In this document: positions 41,666 to 64,000 of the stretch, piece by piece
Numbering within the stretch: position 1 is the first letter of the stretch
How the letters are laid out: each line of letters begins with the position of its first letter
NCBI GenBank assembly: GCA_963693365.1
Contig: CAVNZM010000003.1
Span: forward strand, 10,586,988 to 10,650,987
DNA from: Amoebidium appalachense
Taxonomy: Eukaryota; Protista; Ichthyosporea
Length of the DNA stretch: 64,000 nucleotides
Direction: 5' to 3'
The notes under the pieces: generated by a model
Database searches by the model: none
What the model was told of the DNA's origin: nothing
What the model saw: the letters and a program-made list of their open reading frames with translations, nothing else
Program-made: the position numbers and the translations under genes

Positions 41666-41675
41666 CTTTTTATAG
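41666..41675 (-). promoter_or_regulatory. TATA box
   Basis: CTATAAAAAG on the minus strand, at a spacing compatible with a short 5' UTR before ATG 41584. Confidence 0.5.
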
Positions 41676-42488
41676 TGCATAGATTATGAGCACACGGCGG
41701 CAAGATCTTTGCCAGTGCTTGTACCCGGCGTCGCTATTATAGAAACGTGATTGGAATAAAAAGTCCTTTAAAACATTAGTTAGTGCATAATGGTGCCTGA
41801 TTGGTTTGTCATCATGGACTGAGCCACTGAGCTGATAGATTTGCTTTTCACATAAAGTTTGTCAACCAATAAGGTATCAAGTTGTGGATATTAGCCGTCC
41901 TGATTGGCGAAACAATTCGGTAGCCCCCATAATTGGGCTTGTATGTAATTTTCTGAGCGTCACTGCTTCTCCGCGTGAAAAAATATCTGTATAATTACGA
42001 TATAAATAATGAAGTAGTTTTTCTACACACTCATATATGCACTTAAGGTTCCAAAACAAGCAGGTCACTCGAGTATCGTTTGTAGATTCTTTTGCCCCCT
42101 ATGTCGATCTTGCACATGCTTCATCGGAATGCAATATTCGCTGACGTCACAAGGCCAAGTGACTGAGTCACTGAGCTAAGAGCACAAAGCAAAAGACAGT
42201 GTAGAAGCTTAGAGCTCCGATTACCACTTTGCCAAAAAGGATAAATGTAAGCACTGTTGTAAATATTTTCTATGTTTTTCTGCTTTCATTGCTTTGGAAT
42301 TTTCAGTTCCAGGGAGATCCAGGAAAGCATCTGTACAGTGGAACATGCACGTTGGCAGTCACAGTTGCTGATTGGCCAAGAGCGCATCAAAATATTCAGA
42401 AACATGTCATGCCCTTTTTGGGTATATTCTTCGACCAGTGCACATTTTGTTGTTGAAGAATTCAATTTTTGCTTTTGATTTATCGGGA

Positions 42489-43632
42489 AAATGGCTTGGA
42501 AAACTTAATGACTGTCGTGACCCATCCAGTACGCTCGAGCTCAAAAAGAATATATCACTGTGCAGGTGCAAAAAAAAAAAAGGCGGAAATTTGTGGATTG
42601 TGTATGTATATGTATGGGCTCTTACGCTCGCTTGTAGTAGCAATTATTGTCAGATAATATTGCATATTATCGTATAAGAAGTGGCCAGACGTGCAAAACC
42701 ACACGGTTTAAAATGGCTTGGAAAACTTAATGACTGTACCCATCCAGTACGCTCAAAAAGAATTTCCTTGAAGCAGAAGTTGCCTCCTTTCTATCTAACA
42801 ACTGTTGTAAACCTGGGCCTGTAACGCTCTCGATATACGGTCTGGTCCCAATAGCTGCTAGAGTATCCTATCTCGCGCTGAAATTCAATAAGCACATAAG
42901 CCGCTTAAAGAAGTATGTGCCCTCCCACCCTCTCTTCTCTATCCGACCTGTCCCCTCCTCACCTCTCCCCTCTTTCCTCCCCTCTCTCTCCCCTTCTCCC
43001 CTGGGCACAAATACAAATAAACCCCGCAATAGTGTGTGTGAGACTTTGGACTGCCACTTACTTATTAAACATGTACACAATCACAAGATAATCACGCAAT
43101 ATAACAAATGGAAAAAGATACCACACGACACTAGACCCGATGAAAGCATACACCTTGAAAAACTAAGCCTTATGTCTCGTTTTATATATACTGACCGCCT
43201 CAACCATATTGCCAAATATGGCACTCGCAAATGTATAACACCTAAATACATATTACCTTCCTGTAGAACTGGTCTTTCTCTAGCTGATGGTATTTTATTG
43301 ATCAATTACCACGCTTTTACTGTACACGTGCTATACAGTGGAGATCTAATAAGTATAAGGTGGCATCATTTGCATGCCCAAACAACACACACACACACCA
43401 GTTTAACCGGTCATGTATCGCCAAATGTAGTCTGATAGACCACATAATACCGCAACACACACACGTCACATTCACAACAGACACCCAGAAAGATAGCCTA
43501 CCTGTAAATTACAACATCCTTGATTTTATACTAAACACGCGTAACTACGACCTGTTTATTAGATGTATTGATTGGCTTGAGAAACACATCACTACAAAAT
43601 TATAGCGCACGCGCACACACACACACACACAC

Positions 43633-43667
<35 letters not shown>

Positions 43668-44079
43668 CCAGCTGATACCGAGTGTCCCAGGGGAGCCCCT
43701 TAAAAAAAAACAAAAAAAACCAAAAAAAAAAAACGGGGAACCCCAACTAATTGATTTCTCCTTGTAGTCTTTTTGATGTCTCGTAGAGAAAGTAAACCCT
43801 GATATATAGTCACCACCCGACATCTATGTACGTGATCATGATATACCGCTGAGCAAACCCCCCCCCCATACCTGAGACTGGTTCTCTTTGCCTCGCGCGC
43901 GCACAGCGTAAACCCCCAAGAATATATCACTGTGCAGGTGCAAAAAAAAAAAGAAGAAATTTGTGGATTGTGTATGTATATGTATGGGCTCTTACGCTCG
44001 CTTGAAGTAGCAGATATTGTCAGATAATATTGCATATTATCGTATAAGAAGTGGCCAGACGTGCAAAACCACACGGTTT
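42489..44079 (+). repeat. ~220-bp tandem duplication whose second unit is split by the RT element
   Basis: Unit 1 42489-42709; unit 2 42711-42763 plus 43918-44079. Unit 1 shows the pre-insertion sequence CAAAAAGAATATATCAC. Confidence 0.9.
42761..43917 (+). mobile_element. 5'-truncated, frameshifted copy of the non-LTR RT element with intact 3' end
   Basis: Reverse complement of about 31232-32435; 2-bp insertion near 43292; AAGAAT duplicated at 42758-42763 and 43918-43923; ends CAGCGTAAACCCCC. Confidence 0.93.
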
Positions 44080-45002
44080 GGGGTCAGAGGGATACTTTCT
44101 GAATACTTCAAAATACAAATCCTTACACGGGATATTTGAAAAAGATGGATTGCCAGTGCTTCCTTTGGCACGGCACCACTGCAACAAGCCTTGCACCGAC
44201 GGGAGAGTCTAAGCTGAGAGGTACTAAAAAAATGGCTGCTACAGGCTTATATGTCAAACATTTGTAGCCAAAAACAAAAGACAATCATGACAATTTACCT
44301 GCAATTGTGCTTCATAGGCACCGAGATGCACTGAGCTAATGCATTTCCCAGTTGGAATAATCAATAGGCTGCCGACGCGATGGCTTGTCCCACGTCTTGT
44401 TCACCATGACCTTAGTTGAAAACGTGCCCATATATCCGTGGGGAGCTGCATGCTAGACATGGCAGAAGATTTTTGAATGCGGTGGGTTTCAGCGAATGAA
44501 AGAATGGGGCCTAGAATAACAGAGCGTGTGATTCATGGTTTGGGCCATGCCTGGACGTAATGCAAATGGAAAACACTGTCTCTTCTTCCTTGTCCTTCAT
44601 TTCCCAGCAGGCGTGGCGCGGCGCGTACCTCAGAAAAAACCACAACGTTTAGATTCTCTCTTTTTGCGCTCAAGTCTCAGAAATTACATAGGCACCCTTG
44701 GCTTTCCCCCAACATCCCCCTCCCCTCACCCGATCCCCCCTCTCCCATTCTTCCGGCCTCCTTCAGTGACATCCTCTAGCGGGCCTTTACCTATCAGAGG
44801 TCCAAGCCACACCAATATGTACGATCCCAAGCACTGCACCCCGGTTCAACGTACACACGTGCACCCTGCACATTAGAAGGCCACCGTGATGGGTATTACA
44901 CGCGCAACACAAATGCGAGTTGCATTCACCACGGCCTTTATGATAGGCAGTCATAGACAAAATATTTTGCACACACACGTGCACAAATCTGGACACACTA
45001 AG

Positions 45003-45112
<110 letters not shown>

Positions 45113-46777
45113 TGTATGTACGATTTGCACTGGCATTCCCGGGCTCATGATCATTCCCACACACTTACAGACAGGTCTTGGGCATGCATACCGCATCCTG
45201 CTTGCCCCTCACACAACAAGCCTTTTCACTGACAACCAGCAGGAGAGTTTGTTGAGAAGCATGCTTTTCAGGTGGTCAGGTGGAGCAGCCATACATGCAC
45301 ACGTGTGAGTATGCCGCTGTGTGCTGCAAAAAACTGGCAGATAGATATTACCATGTTCTGTTCTACCTCAAGGTTTGGAAATAGCGCATGGTGGCGTAGA
45401 TATAGGTGTAACTTACTCGGATCACGGAGGCATATTAGTGTGTGGGTTTACGCTCGCCCATGCGATCAGCAATGCCCGTGCCACGGGCTGTGCTTATGTC
45501 TGCGTTCTGCTCGACGGCTGTATACTCGGTTATCATGAAATAGGTTATGCTCGCACACTTTGTACACTCTGCACTCAAGATCGCCTGCGCAACCATGGCC
45601 ACCGGCGGGCAGGCTGAGGCCACTTGACAATGCAAGTCACAGAAAGTAAAAAAATCGAACGTTACAACAACTTGGTCACGCCACCTGTGTAGTCCAGAGG
45701 AACTTCGTTCTGTTTGGTAGGCGCGTTGCCTCGCCGTACGCTGACTGCAGAGGCTGCTAAGTTCGCAAGCTAGATAAACGATGCGATTGCGTGCGATGGA
45801 GATCAAAAAGCACAATTTGGAAATGTTATGATGATGAATGGCTCAGTGTATCCGCCCGCTGTGTTTCATTTTTCTGTGTCACAAGTTGTTCATAAAAGCC
45901 TGAAGATAACCCTGATAGCATCGACCACATCCACGGCCCTCTGAAAAAAAGCGTGCCACATCACAGGCATGTTTTCTAGTAAAAGCTAATATTAGTATTA
46001 TTTTCAGTTGTTGCCAAAATTCTGTATTAGACAAAGCGAGTTGTCGTGCCAAAAGCATTTACAGGTTAGACATAACATCAGGTAAGCCCCATTTGTGCCC
46101 ATCGATCTTATATTGCGCCATTTTTGAACAGGGTAAGCATGGCCATGTTCCTCTCGGAATGGCTATTGTTTCTTCCATCAACCTTTCAACTTCTCCTATT
46201 GCACCGCCCTTCCCCTTCCCCCCCCCCCCCCCCCCTTCCCCCGCCCTCCCCTCCCCCCCCTTCCCCCAGCCCCTCCCCCCCCCCCCCCCCCTCCCCCCCC
46301 CCCCCCCCTTCCCCGATCCCCTCGATCCCCTCCCCTTCCCACCGTGTTTAAACCCCTCCTTTCCCCATCCAATACGCTTATGAGCCCGCTCTTCCTTAGA
46401 CAACCCTGACTCACTTCCTACACTCCGGCATACCCCTGCATCTCGTTCTATACATCACTATACTCTGTCCACTGAGGCACTTCGCAACAACATTTCCAAG
46501 CTCTTTTTCCCCACCCTCCCGATTCCTTAATCTCTGGAGGGTCCCATTTTTCTCGGTGCTTCTTTGCCTTTCTTTTGCCTCCACTGTCACCATTTGCCTT
46601 ATTCTCCTTACCTGGCCCCGCTACCAACACCCCCGCCCCCTCCCCCTCCCTCCTCCCCCCCGACACACCCTTTACGGACCAGCGCGTCACTAGAGGTGCT
46701 TGCACATGCACACACACAAGCATTGGCACGGATCCGCATACCACGATCACACCTGTGCATGCACCATGTGTTTTACA

Positions 46778-46859
<82 letters not shown>

Positions 46860-47615
46860 CATACAGACACACACATAAACACACACACGTACTCGTGCAC
46901 ACAGACACACACACACACAACCACACACCCGACAGACACACACACGCACGCACACACCCACACATGGTCACGCCCACACACGTACACATGCACATTTATG
47001 CAGACACGCGTGCATGCGCACAACCATATCCATGTTACAAAAATAAACAAAGCACCGACACATTTCAATCAAATACACCAGGCAAAGCACATTAGGCCGT
47101 AAGGTTGGTTCGGCGCCTTTCCTAAACTCAAGCACCCAGCATATTCAACAAATCTTTACCTTAAATCGCTGGATCTCCCCCCTCCCCCCCCCCCCCTCCC
47201 TTTCCCTCCCCCCCCCCCCCCCCCCCCCCCCCCCGCTCCCCCCTCCTCCCCCCTCCCCCCTCTTCGCCCTCAGGTGTATTGAAGTCCACACCTTTACCTC
47301 CTCCCCAATACCAGTGCTTACCAATATTCCCTCCCCCTCCCCCCTTCCCCCCCTCCCCCCCCCCCCCCCCCCCCCCCGACAATTCTTTCAAAAACCCTTA
47401 CTCCCCCCCCCCCCCCCCCCCCCGACAACTTTTAAAAAAAACCTCCTAATCCCCCCCTCCCCCCCCCCCCCCCCCCCCGCGCCCCCTCTCCCTGCTTCAT
47501 GCCGCCCCATCTACCCTCAGGTGATTAATTTAACTGGCTACGCGGGTGCCCTGCCAACCATGTTGTGGTGGCCAGGCCTGTGCCCGGCCCCTTCACGTGA
47601 CCCGGCCGCCTAAAT

Positions 47616-63549
<15,934 letters not shown>

Positions 63550-63633
63550 CGCTCTATTCTGGGCAAACAAGCCGTTGCCCCCCCCTCTCCCGCCGCCTCC
63601 CCCCCCTCCGCGCGCGCGCACACACACACACAA

Positions 63634-63684
<51 letters not shown>

Positions 63685-63796
63685 AATCCAATCCAACCCA
63701 ACCCAACCCACCCGACCCTTCTTCCTCCCTTTCCCTTCCCATGTAACCTTTGTGTCAAACGTATTCCTCTTCACTAATCCTGTGGCCGCTTCTCCC

Positions 63797-63849
<53 letters not shown>

Positions 63850-64000
63850 AAAAAAAAAAAGTACCCGTCCCGTCCCGCCTCTTATGATCCATGCTGTGTG
63901 TGTGTGTTCTACGACTTCAGTTTCGTGTTGTCCGTCGGAAATGTTTTCTTCGTACTGTGTAACACATTCTACAGCCCCACCCCCCTTCCCTTGCGCACAC

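Overview
Eukaryotic nuclear DNA; the gene content fits a unicellular opisthokont, which is an inference only. Introns and intergenic spacers are saturated with (CA)n/(TG)n, (CT)n and poly-C/poly-G tracts, and these generate most ORFs in the supplied track as artefacts. Supported genes: an intronless secreted Thr-rich repeat protein (1119-2978); a 9-exon ZNHIT2-like HIT zinc-finger gene (7062-16843) with a U12-type AT-AC intron; a 3-exon 7-TM GPCR-like gene (20851-25445); an orphan intronless ORF (29361-30887, minus); a small TATA-preceded ORF (41327-41584, minus); and a multi-exon TKL-type kinase with a SAM domain (47616 to about 63549). Three near-identical copies of a non-LTR reverse-transcriptase element are present. 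The two with a visible 3' end finish in GTAAACCCC with no poly(A) tail, and the longest carries a diverged inverted copy of its own 3' end, so it is bracketed by roughly 300-bp inverted repeats. The two most unusual signals are this RT architecture and a multi-copy intronic ~160-nt element. Compensatory base changes between its copies support a multi-stem, pseudoknotted RNA fold that I cannot assign to a known family.
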